Below are positions 1-12,205 of a stretch of DNA of 64,000 nt, piece after piece. Under the pieces are notes generated by a model. The model did not search any database. It was not told the DNA's origin and was given only the letters and a program-made list of their open reading frames with translations. The first letter of the stretch is position 1. Each line of letters starts with the position of its first letter. Source of the stretch: Gonapodya sp. JEL0774 (Eukaryota). Made by a program: the position numbers and the translations under genes. The stretch is from assembly GCA_027604505.1 (NCBI GenBank), contig JADIIX010000008.1, forward strand, positions 62,001 through 126,000, read 5' to 3'.

Positions 1-769
1 TAGGTGTACATTGAGGCGTAAGGTCCTCGTGTAAAGGGGAACTTTCCAGGAATCTCCTTCGGGATATCAGCGACATCATCCTTAGTGTAGAGGGGTTTAA
101 CATCAATGCCCTAAAAAGAGCGAAGTTCCGCATAGCAGAGTAAGCAACAGCGCTGAGAATAATGTTACGGGTAGCCGAGACTTCACCCACCTCTGAAGTG
201 TGCCATGTCAAGGTCTGCACAGGATCCTTACCCTTGAGCTCCTTGGCGACAAGTTGAAGCCATTCCTGCGCGCGATTGAATAGAGATGCGGATGCGACAT
301 AGTGCGGATGATGAGGACCAGGGTCGATTCGAGTTCTGGGATGTTTCGGAATGCTGCTCCCGACGAACTCACGGGATCAATGGGTTTCGCAAACTTTGGA
401 GCTGTCGCCGGGGCCTCGGAGGACATATGTCGTCGGCATGCCTGCAAGATAACGTTAATACATTTTAAAATTTGGGAAAACGTGGTTCGGGAAAGGTGCC
501 GGGAGCATGATCAAAATCATGCCCGTCAGATATCACGGAGAACCAGACGAGACACATGGTTAACCCCACGCTCTGCGGGGAGCTCCCACGTGCGTTACCA
601 CAATTTCGAGTTCCGGATCGTGTGCTCGGCGAGGACGGATGAAAAACGGTGCTGTACTAACCGGCCCGAGACGGAACGCCGGAGTGCCAACAGTGGGAAG
701 GATGACGCGGGCAGCAGAGGAGATTGCAGGTGCAGCAAGACGGGAAGCGGGAATATTAAGCGACGCCAT
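1..769 (-). CDS. MUT: Methylmalonyl-CoA mutase (adenosylcobalamin-dependent), mitochondrial; 5' part only, runs off window start
   Basis: Manually spliced minus-strand exons give [14 protein letters not shown]... (presequence-like), [48 protein letters not shown] and [36 protein letters not shown]. This matches the MUT N-terminal signature ([24 protein letters not shown].xMY). Introns are GT..AG. Confidence 0.9.
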
Positions 770-1065
770 CGCGCCTGCAAGAAGGGTTGAATGCGCGCGG
801 TGGTGGAGAAATTCTGCACGATGGGCTTGGCCTGAAGTCGATGCGTCACTCCCATCCCACCTGGGGCAAAGTCATGCCTCATTTGACGTGACAACCCCAA
901 TTCCGAATCAATCTATCATTTCACCATTTTATGTTCGGTAAATTGAAAGCCGTAGAAGACAACCTTACAAATTTATATATTGAATTCCAATTGACTCTGT
1001 TATGAACTTAATCGTACTATCATATCAACATCCCAAGAAGAAGGAAGCAGTCGAGCACCACAACT

Positions 1066-4000
1066 TCAGTACACATTGCCAGATTTGTGCTTCTCGATCC
1101 ATTCCTGAACATACGGCAGATTGGTGTGCGGACCGCGCATCCTTGTGAGGCCCGGGTGGGTGGGTGCTGGAACTCCCGTCTCCTCCAGGGCACGCGCCGC
1201 AAGCTCTTGAATCGTTCCGCCCCGGTTAAACACTTCTCCATCTGGTCTCTTCATCTTGGGAGCCAGTTCAGCTCGAAGGGCTTCCGTGGCCTTGACGTCC
1301 ACCGCGAGCTCATCCGTCAACACCACACCATAGCGCTTAGCTCCCTCTTTGGTCACCAGCCCACGACGAACCTCGAGGCGCACAATCTCCGGGTCACGAG
1401 TGAGCGGGTCACCCCAGCCACCACCACCCCAAGTCTCATAAACCAACACATCGTTGGGTTCCACCTGAACGTTGTCTGTCTTCGATCCAAGGTACATGAT
1501 GGATGGGTTGACCGGGTCCTCACTGTATTTGTACAGAATCTTCTTGCTGCGATTGCCCGGATCACCGCCAACAACACCCCAAGGCTTGCTGAGCCACCGG
1601 TCGTCGTGAATACTGATGGTACCACTCTCGAGGAACTTGTAGACGCAGCGAAGTGCGTTTCCTCCCCGGTGGAAACCAGCACCACCTGTATCCGCAACTG
1701 TGTTGTAGGTCTCGATCCTCAGAGGGAAGTAGAGCTCGAGATACTCGACAGGCACGGAACGCATGCCCGGCCAAAGAGAGTGGCCGTCCAGGCCATCACC
1801 GATGGGCCGCCCGGGAATGCCACCGAAAGCGATCTGGTAGAGCTGGAACCACGTTCCATCCTCGCGCCAGCTAACATACGGTGTGGAAAAATAAGCGGAT
1901 AAGAAACGAGAGAAATGTAAGTGAATCGCCGCTCACAACAAACTGCAAGCATTGTCCCCAACTATATACCTACCCAGAGTAGAAGAAGTGAGGCGAATCT
2001 GAGAATCCACCAGCGTTCATGAACTGCGGTGCCTTTTGTCCCAACAGGCCGTTGATAATGTCGAGCACACGTCCCAGCAAGTGGGTACGGCAGGACAACG
2101 CAGCGGGTCGTATTGGCTTTAAGATACAGCCCTCCGGGATATACACCTCAACCAGCTCGTGGAAACCGTCGTTTACAACGTTGCCTGCGTCGCTATTGAT
2201 GAGATTGTAAGTTAAACTTATGAAAAATGAAAGTCCAACCAAATGGGAAACTCACAAGACCGTGATAAGGTACTGCGAGATGGGAAGCATACAGACAAAT
2301 TGAGAAACACGCATAACTCAGCATTTCCATGGCCTGATACTTCAAGTCGAAAGTCAATTGGCATGGAAGCTTAACTTACAATGCCTATGAACATTTTGAA
2401 CCTGAGAAGATGGGGAGCCGCAGATCAGTCATACAGTCTTACTGTGTTTGTATTTCCGAGTAAAAGAGACCAAGGAGATGGTCCCAGACTACTCACATTG
2501 CCTCGCTCAGGTAGAAGTTGATCGATGAGGAGGATTGCGCTTTGAAAGAATGGAAATGGGTACCAAACACAATCAATTCATCAAACACGGAAACTCACGG
2601 TACGTTCCCGTCCAATCGAATTTAAGCTTGCCGTTCATTTTGGACATGGTACAAGCGATTTTCCACGGACCGATGCCAGTGCCGTCGTCGTCGATCCAGT
2701 CTTCCATGTGAACAGGATCTTCAGGAATTACCTAGATGTTGGCACAAGAATCAGTTTCGACGTCACAATTGGAATGGGGAAGCGATGTAACATCCCAGAC
2801 AAACTCACCTCGTTGATGATGTTCTGGATCGCCTTCTTGTTGCGCTCGAGCAGCTCATTGATGGCGGCGAAGTAGGTTTTGTCGCCGAATCGGTTGTACA
2901 ATTCGGTCATGCGGCGTCCGGCTGTGGAAGGAAAGGCGTCGTGCAGCGTCAGCGTCTCAATTCTGAGACCATTCATGTGGTTCTTGTGACTCACCAAGGG
3001 TACAGGCCGCGATGAGAGCAGACAGATCGGCTCGGTTCCATTCGGGAATACGAATGTTGCGGTAAATGACGTCCAGAAGAGGCCTGTTCATGACCCCGCG
3101 CGAGGCCAGCTTGGTGATTGGGATTTGAATGCCTTCCTGGTAAATCGACGTTGCCGAGCAGGGAAGCGACCCAGGTGTCGAACCACCACAGTCCGTCATG
3201 TGACCAAAGTTTGCAGTCCACGCGACTGGTGAAAGAGCGTGAGTTAAACCGTGCCTAGTTTTGTAGTGGGTCCGACTGCGGGCAAAACCTCAATCTTGAG
3301 AAACCCACTCAATTTCCCATTGACGTGAATGGGCATAAGAATCAACCAATCCGCGAGGTGCGAGATCGCACCGCTGACAGAGTAGGGATCGTTCGTAATG
3401 AAAATATCTGTGGATGAAGACGCCAACAAAGAGGATAAGGTGGAGAGCGTGATGGTTTTACTCAAGGCGTGCAACACCACTCACCGCCCTCCTCGACGGT
3501 GTCGTTCCATACTTCAATAAACTGGGTGATGAATGACCCGAATTGCCCTGTGAGTGTGAAACCGCAAACAAACAAACAAACAAAAAAAAAAAAAAAACAA
3601 GAAAAGAAGAGAAAATTCACTCAGAAGAGGATCCCCAACAAGCAACCGACACGGGATCAAAAATCTCTCACCGGCAATCATCTTCCCGCTCGGCTCGGCA
3701 ATGACGTTGAACTCGTCTTGCTGCTCGCGGATACCGGGACTCATACTGGCGCGAGTCATCAATGTGTCCATCTCTTGCCTCGCGTTGCGAAGGGCACTCC
3801 TGGGAAACGTTCGAGTCACGGTTTGAGTACGAGACTCCCACATTCCAACCATCGCACCATCTCATCACACGTTTCCCCACTCACTCACTCGAAAATATCG
3901 ACGGCCATGCGATCGACCTCATCGTCGCCGACGCTCGCCTTGGGCGCTGCGGCCGGCTCGGTGGTCTCGTAAATCAAAATGTTGCCCACATGATCGATCT

Positions 4001-7000
4001 CTGCTCTGTACCCTGGCAAAATTACCGTGTTGGAGTCCATCTCGGTGATGACACAGGGTCCAAAGACCTCGTGCCCGCAGAGCAGCTGCGTTCGGTCCCA
4101 GATCTTGGAATCTTTGTACTCTACACCACCCGAGACGAGCGTGGTGGTGGTGGTACTGGCCGAGGCCGGAGGGGTCGGTGTGGACGCCTTGTCGAGTTTC
4201 TTGACGCTGATGGGCGGGCGGACTTCTTCGGCGACGATACGCAAGTTCATGATTTCCCCGTCGCTGGGAATCCTATACGTGAAGAGCTGCTCGTGCGCGG
4301 ACTCGAATTGCTCCTGGATGTACTCCATGCCCTGAGGGCCCTTGAGGCTGGCCAGGTCGAGTTCGACCGGGATGGTGATGGCTTGGCCAACGTAACGCAA
4401 ATCAGCCTGGTACTTGAAGACCTGGTGTATGGTGAAGAAGGGGGTTATTGAAGGTGATAAGAAATCTCAGATGACACCAACAGGGAAAGCCCTCAGTCAA
4501 TCCATCCCAGCAAACACCATACAGCCCATTAAACCCCCCCCCTAGCCTCCCATCCCCGCCCCGACTTCCCCCACCCGCTCCACCGCAGCAATCCACCCAT
4601 CGCCGTCCCCAACAACCCACCTGCTGCTCGGGCGGCACACCCTGCTCCTTCGTCATGGCCTCCGCAGCCTTGGCCAACAGCGAATCAAACGCTGCGAGCA
4701 ACTCTTCGACCGAAGTCTTTGAAATGATCTTGATGACCGTAGCGGTGACCTCGTGGCGGAGCAGGGTCGTGGCGTCACCCCAAGCACACAGGACACCGGG
4801 GGAGGGTGGAACGATGACGGGGAAGGAGCCCAGGAGTTTGCCCAGGGCGTTGGCGTGGAGGGGGCCCGCGCCTCCAAAGGCGACCAGACTGAAGTCGCGG
4901 GGGTCGAAACCTTGCTCAACAGAGACGAGACGGAGGGCGCCGTACCTAGGTGGAAGAGGGTTCGGAGTGGTGTCGGGGGGTTGGGTGCGTGGAGGGTGGG
5001 TGGTGAGGAAGATTCGACGGGCGAAGTTCTCCAGTGAGAAAGGACAAACGACATAAAAAAGGCGCATCCCCGCCTCCCCCAACCTACATGGTCTCGTTCG
5101 CGATCCTCACGATCCCCTCGGCCGCCTCCAACAACCCCAGTCCCAAATCATCCGCCACCTTCTGCACTGCCCTCTTCGACGCCTCCACGTCCAACTTGAA
5201 CGCGCCTCCCAACAAATACTCTGGCAAACACCCCAGCACCACGTTGGCGTCCGTCACGGTGGCTTGCACGCCGCCCTTGCCGTACGCCGCGGGGCCCGGA
5301 ACCGCTCCGGCGCTCTCGGGGCCCACGCGAAGGGCCTTGGTGATGGCGGGAACGCTGGCCAGCGAGCCGCCGCCCGCGCCAACGGTGCGGACATCTAGGG
5401 AGGGGGATTTGACGGTGAGGTCGCCGATTTCGGTCTCGCGGCGGACACGGGGGACGCCGTTTTGGATGAGTGCGACTGGAGGGGCCAGGTAGTGGGTTGG
5501 GGGTGGGGAGGAGTGGGGGTGGGGTGACGGTGCGGGCGGTTGTACGAAGGTTGAAGAACGGGTCAAAAACGAGTGTGAGTGCTTGGCGGCTCTCCTTCCG
5601 TTCGGTATCGAATCCGACACGGACAAGACCACGTACAAGACCACGTGGTTCCCGTCCATTTCAAACGCAGACCACGGGTACCAACCACCACACACCGCCC
5701 ACCAGACCCCGCATCCCTTCTCCCCCCCTCCCCCTCCCCCCCCGGCCCGCACCTCGGCCGCTTACCCACCATCAGTACTCGTCCCCCCCATATCCAACGT
5801 GATCAAATTCTTAAACTTCGTCTCGTTCGCCACGACGGACACGACGCCGGTGACGCCACCCGCGGGTCCGGAGAGGGCCAGCGTGACGGGGAACTTGCTG
5901 GCCAGGGCGACCGAGGACAGCCCGCCGTCGGAGCGGAGGATGCGCAGCTGGGAGGTTTTGGACTCGAGGGATTTTTGTAGGTTGGTCAGGTACATGGACA
6001 CTTGGGGCTTCACGTACGAGTTGGCAACCGTGGTGACCGTACGCTCGTATTCCATGAGNNNNNNNNNNGGGTTGGTGGGGGGGGGGGGGAGGTTTGACCA
6101 ATCGCGGTGTGTGAGGTCGCCCATCCGCGCGCGTGACGTGGGTTCTTCCGCATCCCGCCCACTCCCGAAGCCACACGAACGCAACCCACCTCTGGCAACA
6201 CCTCGGACGACAAGGACACCGGCATGTCTGGGCAGACTTCTTGGAGGACGGAGAGGACGGCTCGTTCGCTGGGGAGGGAGGGGGAGAAAGAGATGAGAAA
6301 AAGGACGGGACGCGATGGCAGGACGAGAGGAGAGTTGAGTCGACTTCGGGAGCCCCCCCAGGACGGGTTCAATACGCTCCGACGGTGTGTGAACCACCGG
6401 ACCACCGGACCACCGGTCGCCGTGTTTCCCATCTTTGCCCTCGCCCCCGCCCCCCGCCCCCCCTCAACCCCTCACTCACTGCGCCCCGTTAGCGAACGAA
6501 TTCAACAAGCTGACCGTGATCGCATCTGGTTTCTGAGCGATGAGCGGCTTGAGCCGCTCGAGAAACACCGCGCGGTCAAAGGGGGCCACTTCGGTGCCGT
6601 CGGTGGCGATGCGGCCGGGGGATTGGATGGTGAGTTCGAGGGGGGCTGAAAGGGGGGGGGGGGGTAATGGTAAGAGGGATAGGTTTGGGAGGGTGGTAGG
6701 GGAAGGGAAGGGAGCGAAGGGGGGAGGGGGAGGGACGGGGCAAGGGCGTCCCAAAAGGTACAGGGTNNNNNNNNNNGCGCGTACAACGGGGCCCCCTGGG
6801 GGGCGGGGGGGGGCGCGGGGGCGGGGGCTTTGGTGGGGTTGTGGGGGGGGGGGTCACTGGGGGGGGGGGGGGGAAGGGATACAGGGCGAGGTGAGGGAGG
6901 GTTTTAAGGGAAGGGAAGGGAGCGACGGGGGGATGGGGAGAGAAGGGTCAAGGACGTACCAAATGGTTCAGGTTTTGGCCACAAGATCCATCCGGCGAGA

Positions 7001-8131
7001 CCTGGAGGGTGGCGGGGAAGGAGCAATTGGGACAGTGGGAAATGGGTGAGAAGGGAGGGAACGGAGAACGGAGCGAGAACATGAGCAAACGAGCATAATG
7101 AAAAGAAGAACAGGCAGGAGATAGGGGATAGGGACAGGGCTCGCAACCATAGGTGGAGAAAAAAGGGGGAAGAAGAAAACAAACGAACCGCGGAATTGCG
7201 AGGTTGCGAGGTTGCGAGGGTTGCAGTGCTTTTCAGGCCCTGTTCCGTTCCGTTCTCCCCCCGCCCTTCACCATCTCGGATGACGCTCGCACAGGCACAG
7301 CCAGGTGCCTCGCTCACCCCCCCACCCCCCCCAAACACCCCGCAACCACCCCAACCCACCTCCCGGAATATTACTGCGTCTCAACTGCAACACGTGTTCG
7401 AACCCCTCCGTGACGACGAGTGCCACTCGGGCGCCCTTTTGTTCGAGGATGGCGTTGGTGGCGATGGTTGTGCCGTGGTTCACGGCGTGGAGGGTGACCG
7501 AGGACGGGGAAGGGGTCCTTTAAAGGGGGTGTGGTGTGGTGTGGTGTGGGTGGGTGGGGAATGGGTTAATAGTGAGTGAAGGAAGGAAGGGGAGGAACGG
7601 GGAGGGGTGGGTGGAATAGTGGGAAGGAGGTGGGTGGGGGGTCAGTGCCAGACACAACCACACCGACACAAAACACCCATCAACCGATCGTCCATGGTCA
7701 TTGAAATAAATCGCGAAAAATTCAGGACAAACACCAAAATTTGAAAAGTCAAAGTAAAAATAATGGCAAAAACACGTTTCCCTGGGAGGTGGAGTGGGCC
7801 AGTCCCGGTCGCGGTCGGCACACGGAGCCAGACGAGCCGCACACACGACCAAACTCAAAGATTCCCCACACCACCCCATCGTCCACGTCTCGATCTTCCT
7901 ATTTCCCCGTTCGTCCGAAAAAACGTAGCAATAACAACGACCAAGAAAAAAAGAAACTCACTTTGCCAACACCTCGTTGATCCCGTTGAGCACGCCGACG
8001 CTCTGATCTTTGGGAGTGGAGGGGACTTTGGCGCGCCAGGTCTGGCCCGAGTTCTGTTCGACGAGGAGGAGGTCAGTGAAGGTGCCGCCGACGTCGACGC
8101 CGAGGCGGTAGACGGGGTCTGGGGCGGTCAT
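1066..8131 (-). CDS. Fused hydantoinase A/B (5-oxoprolinase / N-methylhydantoinase family) ATP-dependent cyclic amide hydrolase, multi-exon
   Basis: HyuA motifs: RLGVDVGGTFTD, HGTTIATNAILEQKG, EYERTVTTVANSYV, DMGGTSTD, DVRTVGAGGGS, VGPESAGAVPGPA, AFGGAGPLHA. HyuB motifs: NDPY..GAISHLAD, FGHMTDCGGSTPGS..IYQEG, DTGGAGFHRGG, TWGGGGWGDP. Stop TGA at 1066-1068. Two 10-nt N gaps lie in or at the edge of introns. Confidence 0.92.
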
Positions 8132-8843
8132 TGGTGGTTTGGTGGGGTTGGAATGATTGGGATGGTGGGGATGATTGGATTGATGGGAATGGGAAGAATT
8201 GGAAATGGAATGGGAAGGGAAAATGCGGGTGATCAAAGTCCGCGGAACAAGAGCGAATGGGGCGAGTCTGGGGCCGTATGTATGGAAGCAGGTCCCACCC
8301 TGGTTTTATCTGAGGGGATCAATATCAATGAGGCGCTCCCTGAAGCTCCTCACGCGCGCCGATCCCCACACCCCAGGATCATCGGAAGCAGATTTCCGAG
8401 TTCGTTCTCGATGCATCCGGAATCAATTGTACTCTCATCAATGACAAAGGCAATTATTTACAGATGGGGGTATATATTTTATTTGGATGGGATTATGGAA
8501 CGAGCGATCAGGGCAGTTTGGGTTAGTTTGTGTTGTGAGCGGACTTTGCGTGTTTGTGTTTTTGTTGACAGACGCAAATAAAGAATCGGGGGGGACGGGG
8601 GAGCCGAGCGGGGGTGGGGGAAGGGGCACAGAAGATGGCGAAAGGGTGCGTGACGATGACAAGAATAGAGTTTTGAGTCCATTGGGAACGGGGGAGTGGC
8701 CGAAGAGAGTTGTCCGGAGATGGATCCCAGGAAGGTGGGCTGGGGCTGACGTGATTGACTAGATCGGACCACAGCCTATGAGGAGGCGGACCGCACGGCC
8801 ACCGGGTGCACGGGGAGAGGAGAAGCCGACGGGTGAGGCGGAT

Positions 8844-8900
8844 ATTTGGATCCGGTGCAGGATTCAGGAGGGGAGATCAGAATCCGATTTGGATCCGGTG
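8844..8900. promoter_or_regulatory. Exact 14-bp direct repeat ATTTGGATCCGGTG in the divergent hydantoinase/amidase intergenic region
   Basis: Copies at 8844-8857 and 8887-8900 are seen directly. The regulatory role is inferred only from position. Confidence 0.4.
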
Positions 8901-9039
8901 GAGAGGGAGGGGGAGAGGGAAGGCCGCAGCACAGAGACCGAGACGGAAGACGGAAACAGATCTGTCATCAACAGATTCGGGTGATCGGGGACTCGCTCAG
9001 TCCCCTCATCGGGTGGGTGGAAACAATTGGACTCGCTTG

Positions 9040-9161
9040 TGTCCCCATCCCCACGTCACCCATCACCATCACCCATCCCCATCCCCACATCACATCACCC
9101 ATCACCACATCTCCCCATCACCCCATCACCCCATCCCTCCATCCCTCCCTTCCATCCAGCC
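9040..9161 (+). repeat. C-rich low-complexity (CCCAT/CACCAT-like) microsatellite upstream of the amidase ATG
   Basis: Tandem degenerate CCCCAT/CACCAT units directly precede ATG 9162. A similar C-rich tract precedes the hydantoinase ATG on the minus strand (8132-8225). Confidence 0.7.
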
Positions 9162-11648
9162 ATGTCGTCCCCTCCCTTACAAAAATCATTCTTCCCTCTC
9201 TCAATACCCACCGCACTCGCATCCGCATCCGCACACCCCGACTCCCTCCTCTCAACGGCCTCTCAACTCGTCCTCGCTGCTGCCAACGACCCGTTTCTCG
9301 CATACGTCCAAGAACATGGCAGGTTGGAAAGAGTCGTCAAGGACACTCAGGAGACCATCGACAGGTTCAAATCCGTCGGCAAGGACGCCATGCCCTTGTT
9401 TGGCTTGTTTGTCGGCGTCAAGGTGCGGCGGGTTTTCGGCTTGTTCTTTTCTCGTGTTTCTCGTGAGATTCGGGACACTCCACACACTCTCACCAACCCT
9501 CTCCTCCCTTTCCTTCCCCATTTCCATTTCCATTTCCATCCCATCCCACATCCCACTACCCCTCTATCCTTTTCACCCTCCCCATCCCCTCCCACCCCAT
9601 CCCCCCCATTACCCCATCCCCCCCCCCCCCCCCCCCCCCCAGGACGTCATCCACGTCTCCCACCTCCCCACCCTCGCCAACTCCCAGTTCGCGGACTCGG
9701 AGCTCCACTCCCCGGGCGACGTGACCGAGGCTCCTTTCGTCACCCGCCTCAAGGAACTCGGCGCGGTCGTGTTGGGCAAAGTCAAGACCACAGAGTTCGC
9801 GGTGTTCACGCCGGCGGATACGAGGAATCCGTGGGATGCGTGAGTTTTGGTGGTTGTTGGTGTTCTGAGGAGAGGGGGGTTGTTGGGGTTGGGGGTTGGG
9901 GGTGAGGGTGTGGGTGGGGATGGGGGTGGGGATGGGGGTGTGGGGGTGGGGACTTGAGAGAGAGACGTATCGTCGCGAGTCGTAGTCATCGAGGGATGGT
10001 GCTTTTCTATGTGATGTTTTTCTCTTCTTTTTTTCATGTGGTTTGCTCGTTCACCCCCCGCGCCATTCTATCCGCCCGCCCAGCTCCCGCACCCCGGGCG
10101 GCTCCTCCTCGGGCTCCGCCGCCGCCGTCGCCCTGGGTCTCGCCCACCTCACCCTGGGCACCCAGACCGCCTCGTCCACGGTCCGTCCCGCGGCATTTTG
10201 TGGCGTGGTGGCCATCAAGCCAACCTTTGATCGCATACCTAAAGGTGGCTGGTGCGCGCTGGCAGAGGGGGCGGATACGGTGGGGTTGTTTACCCGGGAT
10301 GTGGGCGGACTGAGGGTCGTGATGGAGAGGGCGTGCCAGGTGGGTTGGTGGGACGGCGGGTGGGGGGGGGGGGGAGCCCCCCCTAACACCAGAGCTCCAC
10401 CCCGAGCACCNNNNNNNNNNNNNNNNNNNNNNNNNNNNNNNNNNNNNNNNNNNNNNNNNNNNNNNNNNNNNNNNNNNNNNNNNNNNNNNNNNNNNNNNNN
10501 NNNNNNNNNNNNNNNNNNNNNNNNNNNNNNNNNNNNNNNNNNNNNNNNNNNNNNNNNNNNNNNNNNNNNNNNNNNNNNNNNNNNNNNNCGCTCGCCGCCC
10601 CGGCGCCCCGCGTTGGGTTGATAAGGGGGTGGGGGGGCGCACGCGCCCCGTCTGACCTCTCCGCATCGCCGTCCCCCACCCACAGGACTGGCACGCCCCC
10701 CTTCACACCACGACCCTGTCCCTCCTCCGCACGCCTTCTGTCTCCGTCTCCAAACCCCGCCTGATCCTCCCCACAGGCTCCTACATGGACCTGCTCAAAC
10801 ACCCCGGAGCGCGCGCCCAGTGGGACAACGAGGTCCTGCCCGCCGTGGGAAAGGTGTTCCAACTGGTGCACGTGGAGATTTTCAAACCTGGGGAGATGGA
10901 GAAGATGGTGGAGACTCATTGGGACATTATTAGGATTGAGGTGGGTGGGTGGGTGGGAGAAAAGGGGGGGGGGGGGAAGGCGGAAGTGGGACGCGAACCG
11001 CGCACCGCGCACCGCATGCGGATCACGGCACAAGGGCACACGCAGGTGCTTCAAGCTGTTCTTTGGCTCGTCGGGACCTTCTTCGCCTCGTCCTTGGCGC
11101 ACTTTCTCATCGGCACGCCTCCACCGCTACACCCCCCGTTCCCCTTCCCTTCCTCCCGCACCTTTGCCCCCCCCAAACCCCTTCAGACCTACCTCGAACA
11201 CTCCTCCAACGGCGGCGCCGGCCTGAACCTCTACCCATCCCACTCCTCCCGCTACAGCCCCGCCTTCCTGGCCCTGCTCCAATCCGGCGAGCACCTGTAC
11301 ACCACCGACCCTGGCCGTCTCCGGCGAGCCCGGGCCTCGCGGCTCCACTACCGCCTGCACGTCGCCTCCCTCCTCACCGCCCACGGGTCGCTCGCCATCC
11401 TGTGCCCCACCGCGGCCGACGGCCCCGCGCCGCTGAGTTTGGAAAAGACGGGAGACCCGGCCATGGGCACCGTGTGGACGCACCCGGGTGTGCCGGCGGT
11501 GCAGGTCCCGTGCGGTGCGGTGGGGGGCATGCCCGTGGGCTGTCAGCTGGTCGGCAGGTTCGGGAGGGACGAGGAGGTCGTGGCCGTGGCAGAGGTGGTC
11601 GAGGAGTGTTTGAAGGGGGTGTGGGACAAGGTGGTCAGGGGGGAGTAG
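9162..11648 (+). CDS. Amidase-signature family enzyme (malonamidase E2-like), multi-exon
   Basis: PLFGLFVGVKD (catalytic Lys), GKVKTTEFA..P..TRNPW, RTPGGSSSGSAAAVA, LGTQTASSTVRPAAFCGVVAIKPT, DTVGLF, TGDP...WT..G.P.V.VP, GMPVGCQLVGRFGRDE. N gap at 10411-10588. Confidence 0.9.
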
Positions 11649-12205
11649 TGGGCGGGTCGTGGTGGGGCGGAGAATCCCGGGGTGCTGTATTGACTTTAGT
11701 GTGGGTTCAGTGTACAAGTGAATTCATGGAAATGAATTTGAACCATGTGGGGATGGGGATGCACCGGCACCGGCAACGTCTTGTAGGGGGATTACGTCCA
11801 TCGTGCGGGCTGCGTCAATGAATCTGTATTCTGTTCGAATTTAATCCACCATTTTAATCCACCATCTCTTCACACGGTAATATAGCATGTATCTCCACGA
11901 AAACAAGAACGTACTTCGGTACTAGAGTTGGACCCATTGCAAAACACAAGTTTTTTTTTGGACTTGTTTTGCTCCGTCCCCTCTTGACCCTCGCAAGTGA
12001 AGATGAGCTCGCTGGACGCTTGTTGTCCCGTGTCCCACAAATTCCATCCAACGCAAAGCAAAATACAAATTATATTAACTTGACACATGAAAAACCGCTG
12101 AGATCACGAGTTCTGCCGGTACGTGGTTACCGGGGTCACCCATGTATATACAAACAAAGTTCTCAACGGAACGTGTCTGCACACGCCTGTTTTTTGAACC
12201 TTAGC

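Noticed and set aside
4400..11800. Many overlapping long ORFs on both strands
   Set aside because: They are explained by high GC, antisense mirrors of real exons and read-through of N gaps.
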